NCBI GenBank assembly: GCA_037917675.1
Contig: JAVCBW010000005.1
Location: 1-64,000, forward strand
Source: Thermoproteota archaeon
Lineage (GTDB): Archaea > Korarchaeota > Korarchaeia > B14-G2
DNA: 64,000 nt
Direction: 5' to 3'
Shown piece after piece: positions 27,457 to 36,979 of this stretch. The translations under genes and the position numbers were made by a program. Within the stretch, counting starts at the first letter, position 1, and every line of letters begins with the position of its first letter. The notes under the pieces were generated by a model that did no database searches, had not been told where the DNA came from, and saw only the letters and a program-made list of their open reading frames with translations.

Positions 27457-28665
27457 GTGGGGGGCACAGGGCTTCCGGTGAGGCTGTTGGACTGGCGTAT
27501 AGCTGAGCGTATGCAAAGTCTTGGCGTGGAGAGCGCCTTTATAGTCCTGGGGAGGGCTAGAGAGCTTGAGGCTAAAGGCATGAAGGTATACCACTTCGAG
27601 ATAGGAGAGCCAGACTTTGATACACCAGAGCACATAAAGGAGGCGGCATACAGGGCGCTAGCAGACGGCTACACCCACTACACTCCCTCCAGCGGCATCC
27701 AGGAGCTGAGAGAGGCCATAGCAGAGTACGAGTCGCAGAGGAAGGGATTTGACATAAAGCCTGAGAATGTCGTCGTGACTGTTGGAGCTAAGCTAGCGAT
27801 ATTCGCTGCAATGATGGCTACACTCAACCCTGGTGATGAGGTGATAATACCCTCACCAGTTTACCCAGCTTATGCTGTGTCAGCCATGTTTGCTGGAGCC
27901 AAGGTTGTGAAGGTCAAGCTTAGCGAAGAGAAGAGGTTCAGCTTTGGAGCAGATGACATACAAGAGAAGACAGGTGAGAGGACCAAGATGGTTGTGATAA
28001 ACACGCCAAGTAACCCAACAGGGCTCATAATGAGCAGCCGGGACTTGAAGAGCCTAGCTGAGATCGCGGCTGAGAGGAGGTTGATGTTGATCTCAGATGA
28101 GATCTATGATAGGATAGTGTTTGATGGCAAGAAGGCCTCCAGCATACTAGAGCACTGTGATAGCCTTGACAACGTAGTCTATGTCAATGGGTTTAGCAAG
28201 ACGTTCGCGATGACAGGCTGGAGGCTAGGCTACGCCATCACATCACGTGAGGTTGCAGAGCAGATCATGAAGATACAGCTGAACACGGTATCCTGTCCAG
28301 CATCCTTTGTTCAGAAGGCGGCGATAGAGGCGCTGAGAGGGCCCCAGGAGCCAGTGGAGCAGATGGTGAGAGAGTACCAGAGGAGGAGAGATCTGGTGAT
28401 CGAGTACCTCAACAGGACGCCTGGAGTAAGGTGCCTTAAGCCTGAGGGGGCTTTCTACGCCTTCCCAAACATCACAGGGCTAGGGCTGAGCTCCAGCAAG
28501 ATAGCTGACGAGCTGCTTCAGAGCAAAGGTGTAGCGCTACTACCTGGGACAGCGTTTGGAGAAGAGGGAGAAGGCTACCTCAGGATATCATTTGCTACCT
28601 CAATAGAGGATCTTAGAGGGGGGCTGGAGAAGTTCAGAGAGTATGCTGAAGAAAAGCTGGGCTAG
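27457..28665 (+). CDS. PLP-dependent aspartate/aromatic aminotransferase (class I)
   Basis: IGEPDF, NTPSNPTG, SDEIYD, NGFSKTFAMTGWRLG, EGYLRISF. Confidence 0.95.
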   Translation: MGGTGLPVRLLDWRIAERMQSLGVESAFIVLGRARELEAKGMKVYHFEIGEPDFDTPEHIKEAAYRALADGYTHYTPSSGIQELREAIAEYESQRKGFDIKPENVVVTVGAKLAIFAAMMATLNPGDEVIIPSPVYPAYAVSAMFAGAKVVKVKLSEEKRFSFGADDIQEKTGERTKMVVINTPSNPTGLIMSSRDLKSLAEIAAERRLMLISDEIYDRIVFDGKKASSILEHCDSLDNVVYVNGFSKTFAMTGWRLGYAITSREVAEQIMKIQLNTVSCPASFVQKAAIEALRGPQEPVEQMVREYQRRRDLVIEYLNRTPGVRCLKPEGAFYAFPNITGLGLSSSKIADELLQSKGVALLPGTAFGEEGEGYLRISFATSIEDLRGGLEKFREYAEEKLG

Positions 28666-29354
28666 ACTATCGTCTCAAGGTACCTGTCGAAGTCCTCGTA
28701 TACGACGTTCCCTACTACTATGGTAGCGTACCTGCTCATCACCTTAGCCTTCTCCCTACTATTTATCCCTCCTCCATAGAAGAGCTTTGCCCTCCTAACA
28801 CACTTAGATACAGCCTCAACTAGCTTTGGGTCGCCAAACTTCCCGCTATACTCTATGTACACTATGGGGAAGCCTAGGTACTGGTCTGCTAGCTCAGCTA
28901 TAGCAGCAGCCCTCTCAGCTGGGATCTGAGCTTCAGCGCTAGTCAGCTTAGCTACAGCAGAGTCTGGGTTTAAGACTATGTATCCTTCTCCTACAACCCT
29001 CTTCCAGGGGACATAACCATGCCTCTTCTTCCAGAACTCAACCCACTCATAGTGCTTCTTAAGAACCCATTCTACACTTCGGCTGTTGAGGACTGAGGGA
29101 ATGAACAGGAAGTCTATGCCCTCGAGCACGACTACCTCTCTGCTAGCTGGCTCAAGGACAACTGGAATTCTGCTTCCGCTAAGCATCTTAAGGACAAACT
29201 CCACCTTCTCTCTGGTGATGTTCTGGGTGCCACCTACTATTATAGCATCAGTACCAGACTCAAGTACATCTCTATACCGCTCTCTAGGGAGGTATTTGTC
29301 AGGATCCAACTTGGTTACATGCCTCCAGCCAGCCCACATAACAGCCTTAAGCAA
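28662..29354 (-). CDS. Geranylgeranylglyceryl-phosphate synthase, group I (PcrB-like)
   Basis: WRHVTKLDPDK, SGTDAIIVGG, EGYIVLNPDS, YIEYSG, YGGGI, VVGN. Confidence 0.9.
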   Translation of the reverse strand: MLKAVMWAGWRHVTKLDPDKYLPRERYRDVLESGTDAIIVGGTQNITREKVEFVLKMLSGSRIPVVLEPASREVVVLEGIDFLFIPSVLNSRSVEWVLKKHYEWVEFWKKRHGYVPWKRVVGEGYIVLNPDSAVAKLTSAEAQIPAERAAAIAELADQYLGFPIVYIEYSGKFGDPKLVEAVSKCVRRAKLFYGGGINSREKAKVMSRYATIVVGNVVYEDFDRYLETIV

Positions 29355-29376
29355 GCAGGGTATAAGAGTCTACCAT

Positions 29377-30057
29377 ATGTGGGCTGATGGCATCTGGAAG
29401 CTTTCGTTTACGCTAGCTGGCATAGTAGCTTTCATATGCTCACTTTACTGGATGCTTAGGCTGAAGCCTCATGTCGGTAGGGGAGGGGGCAGCCTACTTG
29501 GGCTGCTCTCAGCTGCAGCATCATATCTAGCTATCCTGTGGCTTGGAGCTACTGCGAGCAAAACATACATACACGTATATGCCATCATGCTATGCTCTCC
29601 TCTAGCTTACACTGCAGCCTCTAGGAGGGGAGCTAGAGCTATAGGGGTCAAAGTAGATGATGCTAGCGAGCTGGCACTAGGCTTCCTGCTTGGTATGTCA
29701 GCGCTAGCAGCTGTAGCCATAGGGCTCCCAGACTGGAAGGCTACATCAAGCTTCATACTATGGAACTCTCTTTACCTGATACCTGCTGAAGAGCTATACT
29801 TTAGGGGGCTCATGCAGACTGTCATAACACAGCATGCAGGTGGTCTGCTAGGCAACTTAGCTCAGGCTCTGCTCTTCGCAGGAGCATTCTATGCCATGGG
29901 CTATACGCCTACTAGGTCATTTTATGTGTTTGCTGCAGGGGTCATTGAGGGAGAGCTATACAGGCGTACTGGGAGCGTGGTGAGCACATATGTATGCCAG
30001 ACTACAGCAGATATCCTTCCTCCTCTGCTTCTCGAAGCAGTAGGGTTGGGGTGGTAG
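29377..30057 (+). CDS. CPBP (CAAX/Abi) intramembrane metalloprotease-like protein
   Basis: PAEELYFRGLMQ and multiple TM segments. The start is moved to ATG 29377 because the longer ORF overlaps the GGGPS gene. Confidence 0.75.
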   Translation: MWADGIWKLSFTLAGIVAFICSLYWMLRLKPHVGRGGGSLLGLLSAAASYLAILWLGATASKTYIHVYAIMLCSPLAYTAASRRGARAIGVKVDDASELALGFLLGMSALAAVAIGLPDWKATSSFILWNSLYLIPAEELYFRGLMQTVITQHAGGLLGNLAQALLFAGAFYAMGYTPTRSFYVFAAGVIEGELYRRTGSVVSTYVCQTTADILPPLLLEAVGLGW

Positions 30058-30058
30058 G

Positions 30059-30724
30059 TTGGAGAGGAAAGAGGCTCTTGTAGGGCATCTTCCTGAAAGG
30101 TTCAGCTTAGGGCAGGTAGAGTGTGCTCGTGAGACAGGCGTGCTGAGGGAGCTGTGGATGCCATATAGGGCCCTGGAGACTGATAGGGGCCTGGTTGGAG
30201 TAAATGAAGTCTTCTCGAGGTATCTAGTGGACCCTATTGACGTGGTGCTCCTGTTACGTAGGGTTGCAGGGTGGGCTCCTGGGAAGCCTGTGGGAGCATG
30301 TGTAGGACATGCCTCAGAGGATAGCAGGGTGTTTCTGAGGCTCCTCTTGAAGGCGTCCTCTGAGGCTGATTCTAGGCTGAGGGAGCTAAGCGGGTATAGG
30401 GTTGATTACGCAGTTGAGCTTGCTAGAGCCGACTTCGCTAGAGCAGCTTTCATCCCTAGGCCTAGGCCTAGAGCTGCTGATGAGCTCAGAGACTTGCTTG
30501 ACCTCATAGTGGCTAAGGGGATAATAGGGGAGCTTGGTGAAGTGAGGGCGCCTGAGAGAGAGCTAGTGGTATATGTCCCGTTTGCAGTAGGCCTTAAGGC
30601 TAGAGTCTTCTTCGACCTGAACTCAGGTAGGGAGGATAGGAGGCTTGGAGTGCTGGCTGAGAAGAATGATAGGGTGATCTCGGAGCTAGCTCAGGCTTTA
30701 GGAGTAGAGGTGGCAGGCTACTAG
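30059..30724 (+). CDS. Hypothetical protein
   Basis: 221-aa ORF starting 1 nt after the upstream stop, with host-like codons; no motif recognised. Confidence 0.65.
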   Translation: MERKEALVGHLPERFSLGQVECARETGVLRELWMPYRALETDRGLVGVNEVFSRYLVDPIDVVLLLRRVAGWAPGKPVGACVGHASEDSRVFLRLLLKASSEADSRLRELSGYRVDYAVELARADFARAAFIPRPRPRAADELRDLLDLIVAKGIIGELGEVRAPERELVVYVPFAVGLKARVFFDLNSGREDRRLGVLAEKNDRVISELAQALGVEVAGY

Positions 30725-31663
30725 CCTGTTGGGCTTGATATCCCTCAGCTCAGGCTCCTCAGCCTTGCATCTCTCCTCCGCAAATGGGCATCTAGGATGG
30801 AACCTGCAGCCTGGCGGGGGGCTTAGAGCGCTCGGAACCTGGCCTCTCGGCTTTATTATCTGCTTGCTTCTCGTGTACTTTGGGTCTGGGACAGGTAGAG
30901 CAGAGAGGAGCATCTGGGTGTATGGGTGGAGTGGCTCTGAGAAAAGGTCGTCTGATGGAGCTACCTCAATTATCTTCCCGACATACATGACAGCTATCCT
31001 ATGGCTCATGAACTTGACTACAGATAGGTCATGAGATATGAATAGGTATGTGAACTTGAACTTAGACTGGAGCTCCTTGAGCATGTTGAGTATCTGTGCC
31101 TGGACGCTGACGTCTAGAGCTGAAGTCGGCTCATCTAGCACTATGAACTCAGGTCTTAGAGCGAGGACTCTGGCAATAGCGATCCTCTGCTTCTGGCCTC
31201 CACTGAACTCGTGAGGATACCTGTAGAGGTGCTCTTCACCGAGCCCTACTGTCTCAAGGAGCTTCACAATGTACTCTTTCTTGTCAGGCACCTCGATCTT
31301 GTGGACTTCTATCGGCTCAGCTAGTATGTCATATATCGACATCCGTGGATTAAGTGATGTATATGGGTCTTGGAAGACTATTTGGGCCTTCCTCCTGAAC
31401 TCCTTTAGCTCCCTTCCATGTAGCTCAAACACGCTTTTCCCATTGTAGAGCACGTCCCCTGATGTCGGTGTGAGAAGCCTCAGCAGCAGGCGGCCGAGGG
31501 TCGTCTTTCCGCTTCCAGACTCTCCTACCAGCCCAAAGGTCTCTCCTCTCGCTATCTCTAGTGAGACCCCGTCTACTGCATGGACTAGGCCTACTGTGAA
31601 GAACAGCTTTTTCACAGGGAAGTACTTGACTAGCTGCTTCACCTGGATTAGCGGGAGACTCAT
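30698..31663 (-). CDS. Peptide ABC transporter ATPase (DppF/OppF)
   Basis: GESGSGKT, FSGGQKQR, LDEPTSALD, PPGCRFHPRC. Confidence 0.95.
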   Translation of the reverse strand: MSLPLIQVKQLVKYFPVKKLFFTVGLVHAVDGVSLEIARGETFGLVGESGSGKTTLGRLLLRLLTPTSGDVLYNGKSVFELHGRELKEFRRKAQIVFQDPYTSLNPRMSIYDILAEPIEVHKIEVPDKKEYIVKLLETVGLGEEHLYRYPHEFSGGQKQRIAIARVLALRPEFIVLDEPTSALDVSVQAQILNMLKELQSKFKFTYLFISHDLSVVKFMSHRIAVMYVGKIIEVAPSDDLFSEPLHPYTQMLLSALPVPDPKYTRSKQIIKPRGQVPSALSPPPGCRFHPRCPFAEERCKAEEPELRDIKPNRLVACHLYS

Positions 31664-31664
31664 G

Positions 31665-32645
31665 CTAGACACCCCTATACAGGTGGCATGCCACCAGGTG
31701 GCCTGGCTCCACCTCCCTTAGCTTAGGTTTCTCTCTCCTGCAGGCATCCATGGCATGCTTGCATCTAGGATGGAACCTGCAGCCTGGTGGAGGGTTTATC
31801 AGGTCAGGGACTGTCCCAGGTATAGGCTCAAGCCTGAACTGGGTCTTGGTTATGTGGGGTATAGCGTTCAGTAGGCCTCTCGTATATGGGTGGAGTGGCT
31901 CCTCGAATAGCCTGAAGACATCACTCACCTCAACTATCGACCCAGCGTACATCACACCTACTCTATCACATGTCTGAGCTACTAGCCCTAGGTTATGGGT
32001 CACTAGGATCATGGTCATCTCATGGGCTTTCTTCAGTTCCTCTAAGACCTCTAGGATCTGGGCTTGCACTGTGACGTCTACTGACGTTGTAGGCTCATCT
32101 GCTATCAGGAGCTCTGGCTTCTCGCTTATCGCGCAAGCTATCACAACTCTCTGCCTCATTCCTCCACTGAACTCGTGGGGGTACTGCTTGACCCTCCTCT
32201 CAGCATCTGGTATGAGAACTGACTTAAAGAGCGAGACTACACGCCTCCATACAGACCTCTTGTCTAGATTCTCCTCATGAGCCATTATCGACTCAGCTAC
32301 CTGGAAGCCGCTTGTGTAAAGCGGGTCTAGCGCAGCTGTCGGGTCCTGGACTATGTAGGCTATCTTCGCTCCCCTGATCTTTCTCATCTCATCTTCTGGG
32401 AGCTCTAGCAGGTTTATTCCATTGAACAGCACCCTACCCTTCACTATCCTCCCTGGTGGTGGGATCAGCTTGAGCACTGCTCTCATGGTAACGCTCTTCC
32501 CACAGCCTGTCTCACCTACGAGGCCATAGGTCTCACCTCGTAGGACGCTCATGTTGACTCCATCTATGGCCTTAACTACACCAGCATACGTGTAGAAGTG
32601 TACATGTAGGTCTTCTATCCTGAGGATCTCTTCTCTCCCGCTCAT
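31665..32645 (-). CDS. Peptide ABC transporter ATPase (DppD/OppD)
   Basis: GETGCGKS, FSGGMRQR, ADEPTT, PPGCRFHPRC. Confidence 0.95.
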   Translation of the reverse strand: MSGREEILRIEDLHVHFYTYAGVVKAIDGVNMSVLRGETYGLVGETGCGKSVTMRAVLKLIPPPGRIVKGRVLFNGINLLELPEDEMRKIRGAKIAYIVQDPTAALDPLYTSGFQVAESIMAHEENLDKRSVWRRVVSLFKSVLIPDAERRVKQYPHEFSGGMRQRVVIACAISEKPELLIADEPTTSVDVTVQAQILEVLEELKKAHEMTMILVTHNLGLVAQTCDRVGVMYAGSIVEVSDVFRLFEEPLHPYTRGLLNAIPHITKTQFRLEPIPGTVPDLINPPPGCRFHPRCKHAMDACRREKPKLREVEPGHLVACHLYRGV

Positions 32646-32652
32646 GCTCCCA

Positions 32653-33675
32653 CTACTCTCTTCCAGCTGCAAACTCTATGCGCCTCCTTATCCTAGGGTC
32701 TAGCACGTCTCTGAAGCCGTCTCCTAGCAGGTTGAAGCCTAGTGCTGTAACGAACACTGCTGCCCCTGGGATTATAGAGTACCAGGGAGCCATCATGAGG
32801 TAGTCTAGGCCATCGTATACTATCCTGCCCCACTCTGGAATGGGTGGCTGGGCTCCAAGCCCTATGAAGCTGAGAGCAGCGTTCAGTATCACTACTGTGC
32901 CGAAGTCTAGAGTCGCCAGGACTACGATAGGAGAAACTATGTTAGGCAGTATGTGCTTGACCATTATCCTTAGGCTGCTGACCCCAATAGCCCTCGCAGC
33001 CTCAACGTAGACATTTTCTCTCGCGCTCAGTACCTGCCCTCTGACCAGCCTCACATAGCTTGGCCACCATACTATGGTTAGTGCTATTATAGCACTCTTC
33101 AAGCCAGCTCCCAGAGAGGCTGCTATAGCCATCGCTAAGACTAGTGCTGGGAAAGCCAGGAATACGTCTGTCACTCTCATGATGAGCTCATCGACCTTCC
33201 CGCCGTAGTAGCCTGAGAGCAGGCCTAGGAGTATTCCAGGTGGCACCCCGAGGGATATCACTACTATGCTGACTATCAGCGACACCCTTGCTCCAGTGAG
33301 CACTCTAGCAAAGAGGTCTCTGCCATACTCGTCGCAGCCAAATGGGTGGAGGAAGCTTGGCTTCCCGAGGCGTGGCCCAGCGAAGATCTTGTATGGGTCT
33401 AAAACTACCTTCTGCTCTATGACACCTCTGCTATAGAGGAACCCATATAGGCTGTTGATTAGCATGAGGATCTGTGGCCCGAACACCCCTAGGATTAGGA
33501 AGGCTAAGGCCATTGCAGCTCCAGCCTTAGCTAGAGGAGATCTCTTGAGCGCCTCATACATCAGCCCCCACTCTTCGAACATTGCTCTACGCTTCTTCTT
33601 CCACTCCCTCCACTTCTCTCCATAGCCTACTAGATCTAGGAGCTTATCTACTCCATGCGCTAGCTTTTCTATCAT
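32653..33675 (-). CDS. Peptide ABC transporter permease (DppC)
   Basis: HPFGCDEYGRDL, YVEAARAIG, LSFIGLG, PEWG. Confidence 0.95.
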   Translation of the reverse strand: MIEKLAHGVDKLLDLVGYGEKWREWKKKRRAMFEEWGLMYEALKRSPLAKAGAAMALAFLILGVFGPQILMLINSLYGFLYSRGVIEQKVVLDPYKIFAGPRLGKPSFLHPFGCDEYGRDLFARVLTGARVSLIVSIVVISLGVPPGILLGLLSGYYGGKVDELIMRVTDVFLAFPALVLAMAIAASLGAGLKSAIIALTIVWWPSYVRLVRGQVLSARENVYVEAARAIGVSSLRIMVKHILPNIVSPIVVLATLDFGTVVILNAALSFIGLGAQPPIPEWGRIVYDGLDYLMMAPWYSIIPGAAVFVTALGFNLLGDGFRDVLDPRIRRRIEFAAGRE

Positions 33676-33684
33676 GCTCTGACC

Positions 33685-34695
33685 TCACAGCCTGACTCTT
33701 GGGTCTATCCAGGCATAAAGTATGTCGACGATCAGGTTTGCGAAGATGTATACTAGGCCTATTAGCAGGGTGACTCCGATTATGGCAGGGTAGTCTAGCG
33801 AGTATGCTGCCCGGACAGCATATCTTCCTACGCCAGGCCTAGCGAACACGGTTTCAGTTATCACCGCCCCGCTCAGTAGGCCTCCAAACTGGAGGCCTAG
33901 GACAGTCACTACTGGAACAAGTGCATTCTTGAGAGCATGCCTGTAGACTACCCACCTGTTTGGTAGCCCCTTCATCTTCGCATAGTCTACGAAGTCAGAG
34001 CCTAATGCATCTAGCATACTGCTCCTAGTTATCCTCGTGACTATCCCCATGCCTAGCATGGACAATGCTAGTGCAGGAAGTATTATCGTCTTGAGGTTTT
34101 CTGTAAACGCATGCCAGTCGCCGCACAGGAGGCTGTCTAGGATGTATAGGCCTGTTCTCACGACTTCAGGCTTAACTCCTCTACCACCTAGGGGGACAAG
34201 CCTGAGCTTGAAATAGAACACATACTGGAATAATATTGCAGTCAGGAATATGGGTAGAGAGGTCCCTATCAGAGAGAACACGCGTGCAATGTGGTCTATT
34301 ATAGAGTCTCTTTTGAGAGCTGATATTATGCCGAAAGGTACTCCAACAGCTATTATCAGTATCTCAGAGAGTATCGCCAGCTCAGCTGTAGCTGGAAAGT
34401 AGGTCTTAATGTCATCTATTACCTTCCTGTTGGTCACGGGAGACTTCCCCCAGTTCCCAGCGAAAACATCTCTCATGTAGTAGCAGAATGCAGTATACCA
34501 TGGCTTATCCAGGTAGTACTGCCTCCTGATCTTCTCAAGAACCTCTGGGTCAACAGCCTTTTCAGGGCCAGCCCACAGCCTAGCTGGATCTCCTGGAACC
34601 ATGTGGGAGACAAAGAACACTAGGAAGAGCATCCCAATGACTGTAGGGAGGAAGGTTATCACTCTACGTATCAGGTAGTACTTTAGCTCTGCCAC
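33685..34695 (-). CDS. Peptide ABC transporter permease (DppB)
   Basis: PGDPA, FPATAEL, AKMKGL, HALKNA, DPRV. Confidence 0.95.
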   Translation of the reverse strand: MAELKYYLIRRVITFLPTVIGMLFLVFFVSHMVPGDPARLWAGPEKAVDPEVLEKIRRQYYLDKPWYTAFCYYMRDVFAGNWGKSPVTNRKVIDDIKTYFPATAELAILSEILIIAVGVPFGIISALKRDSIIDHIARVFSLIGTSLPIFLTAILFQYVFYFKLRLVPLGGRGVKPEVVRTGLYILDSLLCGDWHAFTENLKTIILPALALSMLGMGIVTRITRSSMLDALGSDFVDYAKMKGLPNRWVVYRHALKNALVPVVTVLGLQFGGLLSGAVITETVFARPGVGRYAVRAAYSLDYPAIIGVTLLIGLVYIFANLIVDILYAWIDPRVRL

Positions 34696-34781
34696 CTACA
34701 TCCCCTGCCCTAGCCTTGGAAAAGCCCCTAAAAAGGCTTACGGAGAGAGCTATGAGCTGGAAGTAGGTCAGGATAACTGCT

Positions 34782-34788
34782 AAAAAAA
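34782..34788 (-). terminator. T7 tract between the binding-protein gene and the permease genes
   Basis: AAAAAAA on the + strand, 28 nt downstream of the binding-protein stop codon. Confidence 0.5.
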
Positions 34789-34815
34789 TGTTGGGATAGA
34801 GAGTGCTAGAGGAAG

Positions 34816-36828
34816 CTAGCCTACAATCACTCTGCCTGATGGAGCGACCATGATGATGTCCTTTGTAGTCTTGAATATCACAGCTTCAGCTGGGCTTAGC
34901 CAGATTACCTCTAGGCCTACGAACTTATATCCTCCTGTTGCCAGTGGATACGCGAAGTTATCTGGGTCAGCGTAGTCTGCACCCCAGCCTATGATGCCTA
35001 CATCGAAATCTCCGGTCTCCAGCTTGTCTATGTAGGTCGGCCATGCATATGCTGTGACCTTCACCTCCTTAAAGCCTAGCTGGCTCCATGTCTGCTGTAG
35101 GATTGTTGCTATCTGCTCTCTGACCTTGTTGCCCTCGTTGTATGCTATCTCAATGCTGTACTTCGATAGGTCTACTCCAGCCTGCTTGAGTAGCTCTTTC
35201 GCCTTCTCCAGGTTTAGATCATATTTCGTTATACCCTCCTCTGTATAGCCGAAGAGCCCTCTGATTATTGGGCCATAGACTGGGTCTCCATGGCCCATCA
35301 CTACTGTCTTTATTATCTCGTTGTAGGGTATTGCCCAAGCTAGAGCCTGTCTCACTAGCTTGTTGTTGAATGGTGGCTTAGCACAGTTTGGCACCAGGTG
35401 TACTTGAGCTAGGTCATAGCCTCTGCTCTCCTGGATGAACCTCCAGGTCTTCCCACCGTACTCTAGGGTTACTCCCTCCATTTGGGCTTCTACTGGAGCT
35501 GGTACATAGCCGAAGTCGGCGTCGCCAGCCTTCAGTGCTAGGATCCTACTCTGAGCTTCTGGGACTATCTTGTAGATGAACTCCTTTATCTTAGGCTTCG
35601 GTAGCCCCCAGTAGTATGGGTTGGGCTTTAGCACGACTTGAGCTTCATGCTCCCATGACTCGACGTAGTATGCTCCAGTCCCACATGGATGCTCATATAG
35701 GTACTCGGTGGCCCATGGGTCAGCTGGGGTTGCATGAGCCTTGACATACTCTTCTGAGACTATTGAGCCTACTATCGATGCTAGCAGTGGGAGAGCTGGA
35801 TATGGCTCTATCATAGGGACCTTCACGAAGCCTGCTATCTGGAAGTCCTTCTGGTATGGGACTTCAGGGAACTCCTTCTTGAAAATGCTAACCCACTCGT
35901 CTAGGCTCTTGACTGTATACGACTTGCCCTTTACCGGTACATCTAGGCCTCTTGCGAGCACATCGCTCATCTCACCATCGCTTACAACCGTGACTGCATC
36001 GACATCTATGAAATCTGTTATTATCCAGCATGGGCTCTCCTTTACCCCAGCAACCCTCTTTATCGAGAAGACGACATCAGATGGCTTCAGGTCATAGGTC
36101 TTGCCCTCATATGGGTCATAGAACTTCACTCCATCTCTTATCGCAAAGTAGTAGTTTAGCCCATCTGAGCTTACTGCCCATGCGACAGCTAGCCCAGGGA
36201 TCACGTAGTCAGTGTGGTCTAGGTAGTATTCTACTAGCCTCTCATACACGTTTCCAGCTATGAACCAGCCTGCTGACTCATATGAGACTGCTGGGTCGAG
36301 GGACTCAGGCTCACCTATCGTGACATACACTATCTGCTCTGGCCTTGGTGCACTGGGATCCTTCTCAAGCCAGTTTATCTTGAAGTCTGGGGCTATTGGA
36401 TTCATGTAGAAGTTCTTTACCCACTCCCAGTAGTGTAGCCTTATGTGAGGCTGGTATAGGTAGATTAACGGGAGCTCATCGTTAGCTAGCCTCTGGACTG
36501 CAGCATAGAGAGCTGCTCTCTTGGCAGCATCTGTCTCGTATCTTGCTGCTAAGATCAGAGCTGAGAGCTCCAGGCTATAGAGGCCACCTGGGTTTATGTT
36601 AGTCCATCTCATTAGCTCTCCTTCAGGTATCTTTATGGCTTGGTCATATACCACGACAAAGTTCGGCTTTACTGGAACCTCTTTTGTAACCTCCTTAACA
36701 ACCTCCTTAGTCTTGATGACCTCCTTTGGGACCTCTCTGACGACTTCCCTTGGAAAAGCTCCATATACCACTATACCGCCTATCAGTATCCCTACTATGA
36801 ACACTACAGCAAACTTCGCAGCTGACAT
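34816..36828 (-). CDS. Peptide ABC substrate-binding protein (family 5), circularly permuted
   Basis: GEPESLDPA, PCGTGAY, PFNNKLVRQAL, GWGADYADPDNF; N-terminal TM; ATG at 36828 after GGTGGGTG. Confidence 0.9.
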   Translation of the reverse strand: MSAAKFAVVFIVGILIGGIVVYGAFPREVVREVPKEVIKTKEVVKEVTKEVPVKPNFVVVYDQAIKIPEGELMRWTNINPGGLYSLELSALILAARYETDAAKRAALYAAVQRLANDELPLIYLYQPHIRLHYWEWVKNFYMNPIAPDFKINWLEKDPSAPRPEQIVYVTIGEPESLDPAVSYESAGWFIAGNVYERLVEYYLDHTDYVIPGLAVAWAVSSDGLNYYFAIRDGVKFYDPYEGKTYDLKPSDVVFSIKRVAGVKESPCWIITDFIDVDAVTVVSDGEMSDVLARGLDVPVKGKSYTVKSLDEWVSIFKKEFPEVPYQKDFQIAGFVKVPMIEPYPALPLLASIVGSIVSEEYVKAHATPADPWATEYLYEHPCGTGAYYVESWEHEAQVVLKPNPYYWGLPKPKIKEFIYKIVPEAQSRILALKAGDADFGYVPAPVEAQMEGVTLEYGGKTWRFIQESRGYDLAQVHLVPNCAKPPFNNKLVRQALAWAIPYNEIIKTVVMGHGDPVYGPIIRGLFGYTEEGITKYDLNLEKAKELLKQAGVDLSKYSIEIAYNEGNKVREQIATILQQTWSQLGFKEVKVTAYAWPTYIDKLETGDFDVGIIGWGADYADPDNFAYPLATGGYKFVGLEVIWLSPAEAVIFKTTKDIIMVAPSGRVIVG

Positions 36829-36979
36829 GCACCCACCTTCAAGCGTTATGAGGTACTTGCTCCACTTAAAAATATTATTGGCTCGCTGCTTGGGAGCCTC
36901 TTCAGTAGGAGAAAGCTGATTAGCTGTGTTGTCAAGCAAGAGGGTTTGTACTGGCTTAGGCTCCTATGGCCTCCAGAGG

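Noticed and set aside
29086-29376. Long N-terminus of the CPBP ORF
   Set aside because: Antisense shadow of the GGGP synthase gene.
36660-36750. KEV/REV repeats as a DNA repeat array
   Set aside because: Low-complexity protein stalk with no fixed-length repeat-spacer structure.
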